NCBI GenBank assembly: GCA_000025185.1
Contig: CP001848.1
Coordinates: forward strand, 360,001 to 392,000
From: Pirellula staleyi DSM 6068
GTDB lineage: Bacteria > Planctomycetota > Planctomycetia > Pirellulales > Pirellulaceae
DNA length: 32,000 bases
Direction: 5' to 3'
Part shown: positions 1 through 9,852 of the stretch, piece after piece
Layout of the letters: every line of letters begins with the position of its first letter
How positions within the stretch are numbered: position 1 is the stretch's first letter
Translations under genes and position numbers: made by a program
The notes under the pieces: model-generated
Seen by the model: the letters and a program-made list of their open reading frames with translations, nothing else
What the model was told of the DNA's origin: nothing
The model's database searches: none

Positions 1-1
1 G

Positions 2-1498
2 TCGGCAGTTGCGCTCGTTCGCATCTGGCTCATTCAGCCGCCGCATTCAGACGACTGTGCCAATTGCCGATTCGCCACCGAGTGTCAGAACCGAGAGCGT
101 TGCTTGCATCTGGTAGCCAGCGCCGGTCGTTCACTCACGGGAACTCCTGCTACGTGGGAAAGGCTTGATGGAACCTTTCGCCGGTTTCCAGTTGGGGTCC
201 GCAAAGTTGGGCAGATCGCCAAGACAGGCAGGTCACTCGAAGTCGCTGATGTCGCTCACGACCATGGCTGGGCTGCTGATCGCACTTGGATTAGTAACGA
301 GCGTATCGCTTCGTTCGCTGGTCATCCTTTATTGCATCGTGGCGAAGTGCTGGGGGTGCTGGGGCTATTTGCACGCCAGTCGCCTGGCGAATCCTGCTTC
401 GAGTGGTTGCGGATGATCGCCGATCATCTGGCGGCTGCGATAGCGAATGCCCGCGCGCTCGACGAGATCGATTCGCTCAAAAAGCGGTTGGAGCAGGAAA
501 ACGAATACCTGCGTGAAGAAGTGCAACAGATTACCTCGTTTGGCGATCTGATTGGGCAAAGTCCGTCACTGCAGGCAACGACTCGTCAGATCGAGTTGGT
601 CGCTCCCACGGATTCCGCTGTTCTGATACTTGGCGAAAGCGGTACGGGTAAAGAGGTCGTGGCCCGCGAACTTCATCGCCGGAGTCGCCGGGCCGATCGC
701 CCGCTGATCAAAGTGAATTGCGCCGCGATTCCGCGTGAACTGTACGAGAGTGAGTTCTTTGGGCACGCGAAGGGATCTTTCACTGGTGCACTTCGTGACC
801 GGGCGGGGCGATTTGAACTTGCCGATCGGGGCACGCTGTTTCTTGACGAGATCGGTGAAATTCCTCTCGATCTTCAGGCCAAGCTATTGCGGGTACTTCA
901 GGAGGGAGAACTCGAAAGAATCGGCGAAGAGCGAACTCGCCGGATCGATGTGCGCATCATCGCGGCGACGAATCGGAATCTGCGCACCGAAGCAGAAGCC
1001 GGTCGGTTTCGGCAGGACTTGTTTTATCGGCTCAGTGTGTTCCCCATGGAGTTGCCGCCGCTTCGCAAACGCGTCGAGGATATCCCGCTGCTTGCCGAGC
1101 ATTATCTGGACCGATTCTCTCGCCAGTTAGGGCGACCTCGACCTCGACTCACACTCGCTCATGTTCAAGACCTGCAGCGTTACCCTTGGCCAGGGAATGT
1201 GCGCGAGTTGCAGCATGTACTGGAAAGGGCCTGCATCGTCGCAACCGACGGGAAGCTGCAATTTGATTTCCCCAAAGATCAGCTCAAACGTCGCGAGGAA
1301 CCAGCAGAGCCTAGCTCACCGCAGCATATTTTGACCGCAGCGGAGTTAAGGGAGTTGGAAGCCAGCAATATCCGTAAAGCCTTAGCCGCATCTAACGGGA
1401 AGATCTATGGCAAGAATGGAGCCGCGTCTCGCCTTGCCATGAAACCGACGACGCTCGCATCAAGGATTAAAGCTCTTGGCATTCGCCTCATCCATTAG
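2..1498 (+). CDS. sigma-54-dependent Fis-family transcriptional activator (GAF-like sensor + AAA+ sigma54-interaction domain + HTH), 5' end beyond window
   Basis: The frame is open from nt 2, with no stop upstream of the TTG at 104, so the N-terminus is off-window. Motifs: Walker A GESGTGKE, sigma54-contact loop GSFTGA (a GAFTGA variant), ESEFFGH, Walker B LFLDEIGE, and a C-terminal Fis-type [24 protein letters not shown]. Confidence 0.9.
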   Translation, partial: SAVALVRIWLIQPPHSDDCANCRFATECQNRERCLHLVASAGRSLTGTPATWERLDGTFRRFPVGVRKVGQIAKTGRSLEVADVAHDHGWAADRTWISNERIASFAGHPLLHRGEVLGVLGLFARQSPGESCFEWLRMIADHLAAAIANARALDEIDSLKKRLEQENEYLREEVQQITSFGDLIGQSPSLQATTRQIELVAPTDSAVLILGESGTGKEVVARELHRRSRRADRPLIKVNCAAIPRELYESEFFGHAKGSFTGALRDRAGRFELADRGTLFLDEIGEIPLDLQAKLLRVLQEGELERIGEERTRRIDVRIIAATNRNLRTEAEAGRFRQDLFYRLSVFPMELPPLRKRVEDIPLLAEHYLDRFSRQLGRPRPRLTLAHVQDLQRYPWPGNVRELQHVLERACIVATDGKLQFDFPKDQLKRREEPAEPSSPQHILTAAELRELEASNIRKALAASNGKIYGKNGAASRLAMKPTTLASRIKALGIRLIH

Positions 1499-1784
1499 AA
1501 ACCGGGCTCGTCCTTTGCGCTTTGCGGAGAAGGCCTAGCACGGTTGACCGTCGACTTCGCAGTCATCTGTCACGCAGTCTTGCGACTGTAACTACAGATC
1601 ATTCCGCCGAGTCGCTGCTCGCAGCAAACTTCCTGTAGCGGCGCTTTCTCGTTCTCGAAGCTGTGCTGTTTGGTCTTCAGCCCCCCCGCATTCCTTGGGG
1701 GTCGCCATTGGTTCAACCGCGAAGCAAGTACGATGACGAGATAGCAGTGATGGAAGCTCATGGTGATAGCTTTTGTTTTTCGGA

Positions 1785-3154
1785 TCAGGGAGCAAGAGCT
1801 GGCTTTCGTGGAGGTGCTTGCCATGGCGTTGCCCCACCTCGCTGAATATGCAAGCGAAGTGCGGCAGCGAGTTCGTTTACGACTTTCTTGTTGCTGGCGG
1901 CTAGGTCTTTCGTCTCTCCAGGATCATTCTGGATGTTGTATAGCTCCAGTGCGCTGTACGGATCGTTTTGCAGCAGTTTCCACTCTCCCCGGATGATCGC
2001 TTCGTAACTCTTGCCGCCGTACGTCACTCCCCCTTCGCGGCGGACAAAATACAGATCGCGCGAGGTTGTGATTTTGCCACCCTTGAGCACCGGCACCAGA
2101 CTCACGGCATCGAGTTCTTTCGATGGTGTCGCTCCCGCCAGCTCCAAGAACGTTGGGAAAAGATCGAAGTTCAAGCCCACGTAGTCGCTGCGCGATCCAG
2201 CCTTGATCTGCCCCGGCCAGCGGACCATGAACGGCACACGGAGGCCGCCATCGTAGTGACTTTGTTTGCCGTCGCGCCACGGATCGTTGTTCTGGGCATG
2301 TGGAAGCGAACCACCATTGTCGGAGGTGAAAACAACAACGGTGTTCTGATCAAGACCCGTCTCCTTGAGCGTCTTGAGAACGCGTCCGATCGAGTGATCG
2401 AGATGTTCGACGAAGGCGACATTCTTTGCCCGCTTCTGGTCAAGCTGAGGTGCTCGCTCCTTCACCTTGGCCAGCCACTCGGCCGGTGGTTCGATGGGAA
2501 AGTGTGGTGCGTTGTAAGCGAGGTAAAGGAAGAACGGTTGCTCTTTCTGCTTCGCTCGCTCTACTAAATATTCCGACGCCCAGTCAGTGAATAGTTCGGT
2601 CGCGTGCCCCTGCGGCTCAATGACTTCCCGATTGCGCCGCATGTAGTTATTGCCATAACGCAAGTGCGTGGTGTAGCTATCCATCATGTCGCCGAGAAAG
2701 CCCTGGAAGAAGTCGAATCCCCGTTCGTTCGGAGTGTTCGGCGATTCGAGCCCCAAGTGCCACTTGCCGACGATTGCCGTGTGGTAACCGACTCGTTTCA
2801 GTTCGTCAGCCAGCGTTGGAACGGTGGGATCAAACCATCCCCACGAATCTTCGGGCTTGGTGCGAATAACTCCTGGCACCCCCACGCGATCGGCGTAGCG
2901 CCCGGTCAATAGCGCGGCTCGCGAGGGTGAGCAAACCGTGCAGTTGGCCCGCATGGAGGTCAGCAGCATCCCTTCAGCCGCGAGTTGGTCGATCTGTGGT
3001 GTTCGAACGTCGGACGGATGATACGTCGAGACATCGCCGTACCCCAAGTCATCCGCAAGTATAAGCACTATATTAGTTACACGGCCAGAGTCGGCAGATT
3101 CAGCTGCATTTCCTAGGGAAAGTGTCGTTGCTGCAGCGAAGCTGGCAATGATTA
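1785..3154 (-). CDS. formylglycine-dependent sulfatase (arylsulfatase A family), start codon / signal-peptide n-region removed by IS insertion
   Basis: Motifs: LILADDLGYGD, formylglycine motif CSPSR in CTVCSPSRAALLTGR (nt ~2919-2933), GKWHLG, SDNGG. The frame continues upstream of the listed start (3068) to the IS boundary. That extension encodes ..LIIASFAAATTLSLGNAAESADSGRVTN, a signal-peptide h/c-region, and no start codon remains before nt 3155. Confidence 0.85.
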
Positions 3155-4005
3155 GAGCCAGTTATTGACTTTGTCTGTAGATTTTTGCGAGGAGGATCGT
3201 GAGGAAGGCGAGCCAGTGGAAGTTGGTGAGCGTGACGGTGAGTCTCTCATAATCACGCGCGAGACGGCGGAAGCGACTCAGCCAACCAAACGTGCGCTCA
3301 ACAACCCAGCGGCGTGGCAATAGGACAAAACCTCGCTTGCCCTCGGTATGTTTGACGACTTGTAGTCTTATAGAAGATGCCTTGGCTTGATCAGCTGCGG
3401 AATCAACTGTATAGCCTTGGTCCACATAGGCAATCTCCACGTTGCTGCCCGTCACCTCTTGCACTCTCTGCGAGAGGATGGCGACTTGGTCGCGGTCTTG
3501 CTCATTGGCTGCAGTGATGTAAACCGCCAGCAGATTTCCCAGTGTATCGACGGCAATATTGGCCCTTCTTTTTCTTCGCGCCGTCGTATCCCGCGCGGCC
3601 TCCACTTTCAGGAGTCGATTGCAGCGTTCGAGCATCCATGATCACAGCGGTTGGCTGTTCGTCACGTCCTTCCAAAAGACGCACCATCAGCCTGAGGTCT
3701 TGCGCAATTTCCTCAAAGACTCCCGCTTCGAACCAGCGTCGCATTTGTTGATAGACGGCCCGCCACGGAGGCATTTCATGCGGCAGGAAGTCCCACTGGA
3801 TTCCTGTTTTCACCACGTAGCGCATGGCGTTAAACTGGTCGCGCAGTGAATAGGCGCGCTGCGGCACATCCTCGCGCATGAGGCTCAAATAGGGGAGCAG
3901 GAATTCTCACTACGCATCCGTTACGTCGCTGGGATACGACTTCCCTGTCGTGTGTTTCATCCCCTAACTACAGCAATTGCAAGCAGATAAGTCAATAACA
4001 GGCTC
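3155..4005 (-). mobile_element. IS5-superfamily insertion sequence, copy 1 (851 bp, decayed)
   Basis: Imperfect terminal inverted repeats GAGCC(A/T)GTTATTGACTT lie at 3155-3171 and 3989-4005, each end flanked by TA. The body is near-identical to 19644-20494 and 31529-32000. Confidence 0.9.
3162..3960 (-). pseudogene. IS5-family (DUF4096 + DDE) transposase, inactivated
   Basis: The translation starts MKHTTGKSYPSDVTDA and then hits TAG TGA, where copies 2 and 3 read GAG TGG (EW). It also lacks the 8 nt present in copy 3 (junction 3562/3563), which splits the gene into two frames. The C-terminal part keeps VDTLGNLL, YVDQGY and RRWVVERTFGWLSRFRRLARDYERL. Confidence 0.85.
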
Positions 4006-4007
4006 TA

Positions 4008-4200
4008 GAACCCATTTCAGAACCTTTTGACGCAGATAAGTGCACAGGTGAGGTGTAGGAACGTCTGATAGAGATGGCCGTAACATTCGTGGCGTACGAT
4101 GATGCGGGGGAAGTTGCCGGGCCAGCCGATTGTGCGTTCGATGATCCAGCGGTTGCTGTAGCGACACAGCTTGCGGCCATCCTGCGTGGCTGGTAACGCA
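4008..4200 (-). mobile_element. remnant (3' end only) of a second, different IS5-superfamily element
   Basis: The last ~58 codons of ORF 4017-4340 read ..RKLCRYSNRWIIERTIGWPGNFPRIIVRHECYGHLYQTFLHLTCALICVKRF*. This is the conserved C-terminal block of DDE_Tnp_1-type transposases (compare RRWVVERTFGWLSRFRRLARDYERL in the other IS). The upstream part shows no transposase similarity. Boundaries are approximate. Confidence 0.5.
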
Positions 4201-4726
4201 GTTGAAAACCGCAGACAAGGTAAACATGAAACGTGCACCCTAAGCCGTGTCCGTCTAACGACGGGGGTTTCACGGAAAGGGAAACCTTGCCTAAAGCAGC
4301 GAAGGTTACTCCGTCTTCGGTAGCTGAGCGGTTTCGGCAATGACCTTCTGCATTAAGTATTCCGATACGGTGTATCGCTTTAGTTGATTCATAAAGTCGC
4401 TGTGAAACTGTTCCGGGACATGATCGAAGCTCTGCACATCGATGTTGCACCGCTGCCTTGAACCGCCTTGCGCAGTTCGTCGCAGCGCCAGAACGGGCAG
4501 CTATGAAGGTTACCGCAGAGGAACCAGTGACTGAACGGATCAAGCAGCAGATGGATGAAGTGCAGTGCGAAAAGCCGCAACGGGCAGCGGGTTGGGCAAG
4601 GTAGCTCCCCACGCGGCCTCCTTGCAGTCCGTTTTCATCACGGCAACAATGTGCACGCGGTTTGCGGCAATCGGTATTGCCTCCGTTTTCCAGATACGCC
4701 GCTTACCATTCAGATGTGAGTTCAGC

Positions 4727-7147
4727 ATGACGACCGAATGGCTCGCCGATGACGCACACAAGGCATTTCGAGCGTTCCTCACTACGATCAAACCAGACGA
4801 GGACATCAACGAAGCAGCGACGAGGTTGCGGTTCATCGACGATATTCTGATCAAGGTTCTGCAATGGGACAAGAACCATGTTTGGCCAGAATCACATGTC
4901 AAAAACGTCGGCTATATCGACTATGAGTTCAATAAGCCACGCCCCTCCTTGATTCTGGAGGCGAAGAGTGTGGACAAAACCTTTATACTTCCCGGTTACG
5001 AGTATCCCGCGGAGCCGGTTCCATTTAGCCTGATTGCAAGCGAATGCAAGGAGGCCGCCGCAGCGCTTACGCAGTGCCAAAACTATGCTAACAAGCGTGG
5101 TGCCCGCTATTCCGCCATTTCGAACGGCCACCAATGGCTGTTGTCGATGACGTTCGTCCAAAACGAACCCGTCGAAGATCGGCTGGTGTATGTCTTCGAG
5201 TCGTTGGACGCGATCAACAAGAAGTTCAGAGCATTCTTTGAATGCTTCGGGCCTATGGCGATCCGGTCAAACCAACCGAGTATGAAGCTTTTAGACGCTC
5301 GTCGCGCGCCAGCTCCCGCAAAATTCTCCACGACAATCCCTGGCTATCCTGTCGCCGCCGACCGTAATTCCTTGGCACCTTCGGTCGGCGGATTGCTGCA
5401 ACTTATCTGGGAGGCCATTGATGGCGATCAGGACAATGAGCTCTTTCTGCGCAGTTGCTACATTCCCTCGGCACCCTCTTCGGACATGTTGAAAAAGGCT
5501 CACACCTTGCTGTCCCAGCGGGCCACAACTGACGAGCAGCTGGCTGCAGCCGATGTTAAACCAGCGACTCGGAGGTCGGTCCTCGAACATCAGGACCGAT
5601 CAGACCGCGAACAACCAGTAGTGATCCTAGGACGAATTGGACACGGCAAATCCACGTTCCTGAAGTACCTGAGACACATCGAGGCCAAAGACATACTGTC
5701 TAGTAAGTATCTTCAGATTGACCTCAATTTCCTGCGCACCCCCGCAACGGCTGCCGAAGTACCTAATTTTGTAATGAGGCGAGTTCAAGAGCAGCTGAAG
5801 GGGTACGGAATCGAATACGCGGACGATCCTTTCGTTCGGAGGGTTCTGAAACGCGAGTTGAATGACTTCCGGAAGTCACCGCGAGGAGTGCTGTTAAAGG
5901 AAAAGCCAGATGAACTTCGGGAGGCGGAGGTAGACTTCCTTGAAACGTTCACCAACGACGCTGAACGATACATGGCTCTAGTGATGAAGTTTATCCGTCG
6001 ATCGCATCACAAGTCGGTAGCCATTTTCTTCGACAATTTGGACCGCCGCGGTGACGACCTTCAGGAGGCGGCATTCCTGCGGGCCGCTGCGATGGCGAAT
6101 GACTGGGGAGTTCTGGTATTCGTCTGCCTTCGACCGGGGAGCGTCCAACGGTCAAGTGCGGCGGGAGTCTTGGACACCATGGCTCCACGAATGCTGGTAA
6201 TCCCGCAACCTGACATTGCCGTCGTACTCCGGAAACGCTTCCAGTACGCAAGCAAGTATGCAGGACTCAGTCTTCCTTCGGACGCCTACACCCACAATAC
6301 TTTCGGTGCAGACGCCGACAAACAGCTACCAGAGGCGTCTCGCTTCTTCGCCATGTGCGATGATTCCATCCATTCCAATCCGGTGCTTGCGGAACAGTTC
6401 GAAGCCGTATCGAACGGAAACATCCGTAGGGTAATGGAGTATGTCCAGAAAGTGATAACAAGCCGACATCTCGACACGCAAAAGATACTGGATAAGTTGG
6501 CAAAGCCGGACGGCTATACGCTTGCCGATCACGAGACAAACCGAGCATTGATATTTGGTCCATACATACACTTTGACTCACGAGAGTCTCTCTTCACGAA
6601 CCTGTTTGACATCTCGCACGCAGATCCGACCGAGCATTTTTCGCGTGTGTTCCTGCTCGACTACTGCCATCGCCACGCAAATAGCGTGACAAATCACGGC
6701 TACATCCCGGTCACGACGCTCCAAGAGTATATGGCGTCCCTAGGCTACTCAGCCAACCATATAACTGAGTCTTTGTCACTTCTGGTTGAACGCAATTGCC
6801 TCGAAGGACAGGACGAATATCGTGACCAAGAGGAAACGCCCAAGCTCGGAGCGGACGTCCGCATCACGAGCTTGGGCAGTTTCCACATCACTACTCTGGT
6901 GCGGACCCAAGAGTATATGGACGCTATTTCCATCGACACACCGATTCTCGACGAAACAGTGCGTGCCTCGATAAAAGACGTGGAAGACATACGCAGCCGT
7001 CTCAAGCGTGCACGGGTTTTTACAGCATACCTAGCCCGTCAGGCTGAGTATTTCACGGACGCAGACGCTCGCAGGGTATTAGATGACATCTTAACGGCTG
7101 CCGCCAATGATATTACGGACATTGAGGCTGATTTGAAGAAGTCGTAA
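4727..7147 (+). CDS. PD-(D/E)xK (type I restriction HsdR-N-like) nuclease domain fused to a P-loop NTPase and a C-terminal helical domain
   Basis: N-terminus: ..INEAATRLRFIDDILIKVLQW..VGYIDYEF..PSLILEAKS..LTQCQNYA..YSAISNGHQW. This is the D..ExK core plus the QxxxY / NG..W pattern typical of HSDR_N-type nuclease domains. Walker A GRIGHGKST is at nt 5630-5656 and the Walker-B-like VAIFFDNLD follows. I prefer the ATG at 4727 over the GTG at 4565, because the upstream 54 codons overlap decayed sequence. Confidence 0.75.
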   Translation: MTTEWLADDAHKAFRAFLTTIKPDEDINEAATRLRFIDDILIKVLQWDKNHVWPESHVKNVGYIDYEFNKPRPSLILEAKSVDKTFILPGYEYPAEPVPFSLIASECKEAAAALTQCQNYANKRGARYSAISNGHQWLLSMTFVQNEPVEDRLVYVFESLDAINKKFRAFFECFGPMAIRSNQPSMKLLDARRAPAPAKFSTTIPGYPVAADRNSLAPSVGGLLQLIWEAIDGDQDNELFLRSCYIPSAPSSDMLKKAHTLLSQRATTDEQLAAADVKPATRRSVLEHQDRSDREQPVVILGRIGHGKSTFLKYLRHIEAKDILSSKYLQIDLNFLRTPATAAEVPNFVMRRVQEQLKGYGIEYADDPFVRRVLKRELNDFRKSPRGVLLKEKPDELREAEVDFLETFTNDAERYMALVMKFIRRSHHKSVAIFFDNLDRRGDDLQEAAFLRAAAMANDWGVLVFVCLRPGSVQRSSAAGVLDTMAPRMLVIPQPDIAVVLRKRFQYASKYAGLSLPSDAYTHNTFGADADKQLPEASRFFAMCDDSIHSNPVLAEQFEAVSNGNIRRVMEYVQKVITSRHLDTQKILDKLAKPDGYTLADHETNRALIFGPYIHFDSRESLFTNLFDISHADPTEHFSRVFLLDYCHRHANSVTNHGYIPVTTLQEYMASLGYSANHITESLSLLVERNCLEGQDEYRDQEETPKLGADVRITSLGSFHITTLVRTQEYMDAISIDTPILDETVRASIKDVEDIRSRLKRARVFTAYLARQAEYFTDADARRVLDDILTAAANDITDIEADLKKS

Positions 7148-7149
7148 TA

Positions 7150-8145
7150 CGGACTCTTCCTAACTTGACTTCGCACGGGCCCGTTGTGCGTCTCGGCCAT
7201 CCGACGACGCCTCCCATAGAAAGTTCTTGACGAGGGCAATCGTCCGCGATAGGTTCGGCTCACGCATGGGCAATTCTGCCCGGTGAAGTATGGAGAGCCG
7301 GGCTGGAATCGGCTAGACACTGATGGGCCTATCTGGATAGAAGAACCGAACACGCTAAACGGTTTAGTTTCGTCGTCGAAGCGGACCTTCTCAAGAAAGA
7401 AGTAAAGCCCGATTGGACGGGGTTCCATGCGGATAACGTCGGCAATCGATCGGCTTTTTAGCCTCCGGCGAGTAGCTTCCGAGTTATAGCCTCTACCCCC
7501 CACGATAGCCTGCGGTCGGCGATGTCGCCGATGCATGCTGAGTTCGCAATTCGCAATCAGCTTTTCGAACTCGGTCGACTCGTGACTTTGACCAGCGGTC
7601 GCCGTGACACCGAGCACAATTCCATTGCCATCGGTGAGCAAGTGCAGTTTGGTAAAATAGCCTCCGCGCGAGTAGCCAATCGCATTTAAATCGTCGTTCT
7701 CTGGGCTTTTTGACAGCATTCCCGAAGCACATCGATGGGCCCGCACGACACTGCCGTCGATGCACCAGCGCTGTCGGCTGATCTTGCCTCGGGTGTCGAG
7801 CAACTTCAGTGGTACGCGATTGATCGAGTCCCATAATCCACTGCAGGTCCAGCGCCGGAAGCGGTTGTAAGCTGTCTGCCACTTGCCTAGTTCCGCTGGC
7901 ATATCCCGCCACGGGGCACCTGTTTTGAGAACCCACAGGATGGCATTGATGGTCGTGCGATGATCAGCCCAGGGGCGTCCGGGATGGCCTGTTTTCGCCT
8001 TGGGCGAGCAGAGGTCGTATTGCGTTAAACTCTCGATCCGTGAGAAGATGTCGCAGCATTTGGCATCCCTGTTTGAGTCACCGTGGTAAGTAACTCAGGC
8101 AGGTTGCCAAATGCCCTTTTCAAAGGTCAATTAAGAGACAGCGCC
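7150..8145 (-). mobile_element. third IS5-superfamily element (DUF4096 + DDE transposase), frameshifted and decayed
   Basis: On the minus strand the start at 8058 gives MLRHLLTDREFNAIRPLL. A frameshift follows, then ..GRPWADHRTTINAILWVLKTGAPWRDMPAELGKWQTAYNRFRRW..DGSVVRAH..GYSRGGYFTKLHLLTDGNG..TAGQSHES..GGRGYNS. The C-terminal third has lost similarity. A terminal sequence CTGTCTCTTAATTGACC (complement of 8125-8141) has a degenerate partner GACTCTTCCTAACTTGAC at ~7152-7169. Ends are approximate. Confidence 0.6.
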
Positions 8146-8187
8146 TAGTCTGCTTCTGCCATAACCGCCTCTAAAGATTTAATACCC

Positions 8188-9849
8188 ATGCCTGACTCAA
8201 ATCGATCATTTTCATCACGGCACTTTCCGTATCGGAAACACGATCGCAATATCGCAGCTGATGCGGCAACGGCAGGGCTGGAATCTTCCGACGCTCCCCA
8301 GGTTCCAGCTCTAGTACCGAGGACTGTCTATCGTTTCGTTCTTGGGCAGGATCTGCGTCCAATCGCAATGAACGCAAACGACATTGGTGTATGGCTCAGA
8401 GATCCGTTTGGAAAGTTTGTTATCTCGCAAGGCCGGTTCCCTCTGACACTGCGGAAGCTACTGGAACAATTTGATAAAGCGGAGAGTCGACTAGACGAGC
8501 AGCAAAATTTTGTAGTTGCTGATGGTGGGCAGATTTTGTGGAACGCAGAGACGGAGTTCGTGGAGCGGAGCATGCGGTTCGCAATCACTCGCTTTAACGC
8601 TCAAGGCGACAGCGTATTGATCAGCACTGCGGTCCCTTTCGATTCAGAGAGCCAGTTTTTACAGCTTCTTGCATGGGACGCAAGTAATGAAGTTTTCAAC
8701 TACTACGAGCGCCGTAACGGCACTTGGATTTGGGCGGGCAACTCATATCACGCGTTGCGAGAACCCACGAGAGGTAAAGGACCGTTCGATAGCCACGTTA
8801 ACGGTTCGTTGGTAATGAAGGAGTTGAAATTTCCCTGGATGCACTGGCACAGTATGGCATCGATCATTTCGGATGACGTATTGGCCCCAAGCGATCTATT
8901 GCGAACCGATCCGATCTGGCGATCAAAGCTTGGTGCCGATGACTTCGAAATAGCGGTGGTAAGGCCTGGAATACGTAAATGGACAGAGGCCAGAACGAAA
9001 AAATTCGTCAGGGATCACTCGTCCGAAAATGCTTCCAATGCACGCGAAATACTCCGCCATCTGTTCGAAACAACCACCGTCAACTTAATCGCCTCGGGTG
9101 AACAAAGTCGCTCGATTACCGACCAGTCGTCCGTGAAGCTTCCGATCACGTTCTTTCTGAATTCTGACGTTCTGTTCGATTTGCTCGAACTTGAGCCCGA
9201 AATTGTGGTCCCGTCGGTTGCAGGGGAGTTTTATCGCGAAAGCCTTCGTACATTTGAATTCAAGCTACAGACGAATAACTTCGAGCAACCCGGCGATACG
9301 CATTTCGCTTTCATCGTTCCCGAAGCCGCCTTTGAGGACAATCTGGTAGTTGCCGAGTTGTTGAAGCAATCTGTGGTCTCAGCACGATTCGTTGCCTGCG
9401 TATTGATGGTTGATTTTGCAAATCCCATCTCCTCTTCAAGTCGCGAACTTTTACTCAAGTATATTCCTGACCGAATGGCTATACGTGATGGCGTCCTCGA
9501 CCTAGAGGCACAGTTCATAGCAAATGTTGAGGCCGCTATCAGTGAAACCGATGAATCGGATCCTGCATCGCCGGAACAGCAGTTCTTAAGCCATTGGAAC
9601 TTGGGAGACGCCTGGAAGCAGGCATTTGAGTCTCGAGTCGAAGCTTATTTTCAAGCAATCCAGCAACGTCTAGGCACTCAGCATGGGTACGATGATTACA
9701 TCAGGCTAGCCGAATCACGTCGACGCGAGTTTCGAAGGCGTCCCCTTTCTGAGTTCGATCTCACCCTTCCAGTCACCAACATCCCAGCCGATGCACCTCT
9801 GCTTCAAATGTTTGAAGATGGACGTGTCGGAATCAAGCAAGGAACCTAG
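8188..9849 (+). CDS. hypothetical protein (553 aa), first gene of the six-gene operon
   Basis: A long uninterrupted ORF with no competing ORF. It stops 3 nt before the next start. I recognise no catalytic or targeting motif. A distinctive segment is FLQLLAWDASNEVFNYYERRNGTWIWAGNSYHALREPTRGKGPFDSHVNGSLVMKELKFPWMHWHS. The start is uncertain; the alternative is the ATG at 8367 (MNANDIG..). Confidence 0.7.
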   Translation: MPDSNRSFSSRHFPYRKHDRNIAADAATAGLESSDAPQVPALVPRTVYRFVLGQDLRPIAMNANDIGVWLRDPFGKFVISQGRFPLTLRKLLEQFDKAESRLDEQQNFVVADGGQILWNAETEFVERSMRFAITRFNAQGDSVLISTAVPFDSESQFLQLLAWDASNEVFNYYERRNGTWIWAGNSYHALREPTRGKGPFDSHVNGSLVMKELKFPWMHWHSMASIISDDVLAPSDLLRTDPIWRSKLGADDFEIAVVRPGIRKWTEARTKKFVRDHSSENASNAREILRHLFETTTVNLIASGEQSRSITDQSSVKLPITFFLNSDVLFDLLELEPEIVVPSVAGEFYRESLRTFEFKLQTNNFEQPGDTHFAFIVPEAAFEDNLVVAELLKQSVVSARFVACVLMVDFANPISSSSRELLLKYIPDRMAIRDGVLDLEAQFIANVEAAISETDESDPASPEQQFLSHWNLGDAWKQAFESRVEAYFQAIQQRLGTQHGYDDYIRLAESRRREFRRRPLSEFDLTLPVTNIPADAPLLQMFEDGRVGIKQGT

Positions 9850-9852
9850 AAC

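Noticed and set aside
1924-2567. Antisense or shadow ORFs inside the sulfatase gene. Similar ones occur inside the DUF932 gene (23076-23834) and the recombinase gene (29613-30860).
   Set aside because: These are typical GC-rich shadow frames opposite strongly motif-supported genes, with no motifs of their own.
4227-4340. A cluster of short hairpins (CCGTC-TAAC-GACGG; GGTTTC-N9-GAAACC; CCG-TCTT-CGG), considered as a structured ncRNA or intron fragment.
   Set aside because: I found no match to any RNA family consensus I can recall, for example group II intron domain V. The cluster sits in decayed DNA between an IS remnant and the next gene, and the evidence is insufficient.
3964-4612. Long minus-strand ORFs (206 aa and 87 aa) spanning 3964-4612.
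   Set aside because: They run across the IS copy-1 terminus and the older IS remnant in the wrong frames, and they have low-complexity composition. They look like chance open frames in GC-rich decayed DNA.
4565-4726. The upstream GTG start (4565) for the nuclease-NTPase gene.
   Set aside because: The extra 54 codons (MRKAATGSGLGKVAPHAAS..) look non-coding and overlap opposite-strand junk ORFs. The nuclease domain begins right after the ATG at 4727. This is not proven.
7039-7149. The tail of minus-strand ORF 7039-7902, which overlaps the 3' end of the 806-aa gene.
   Set aside because: Transposase similarity is already lost well upstream, and the putative IS terminus lies at ~7150. The overlap is read-through of a decayed frame, not coding sequence.
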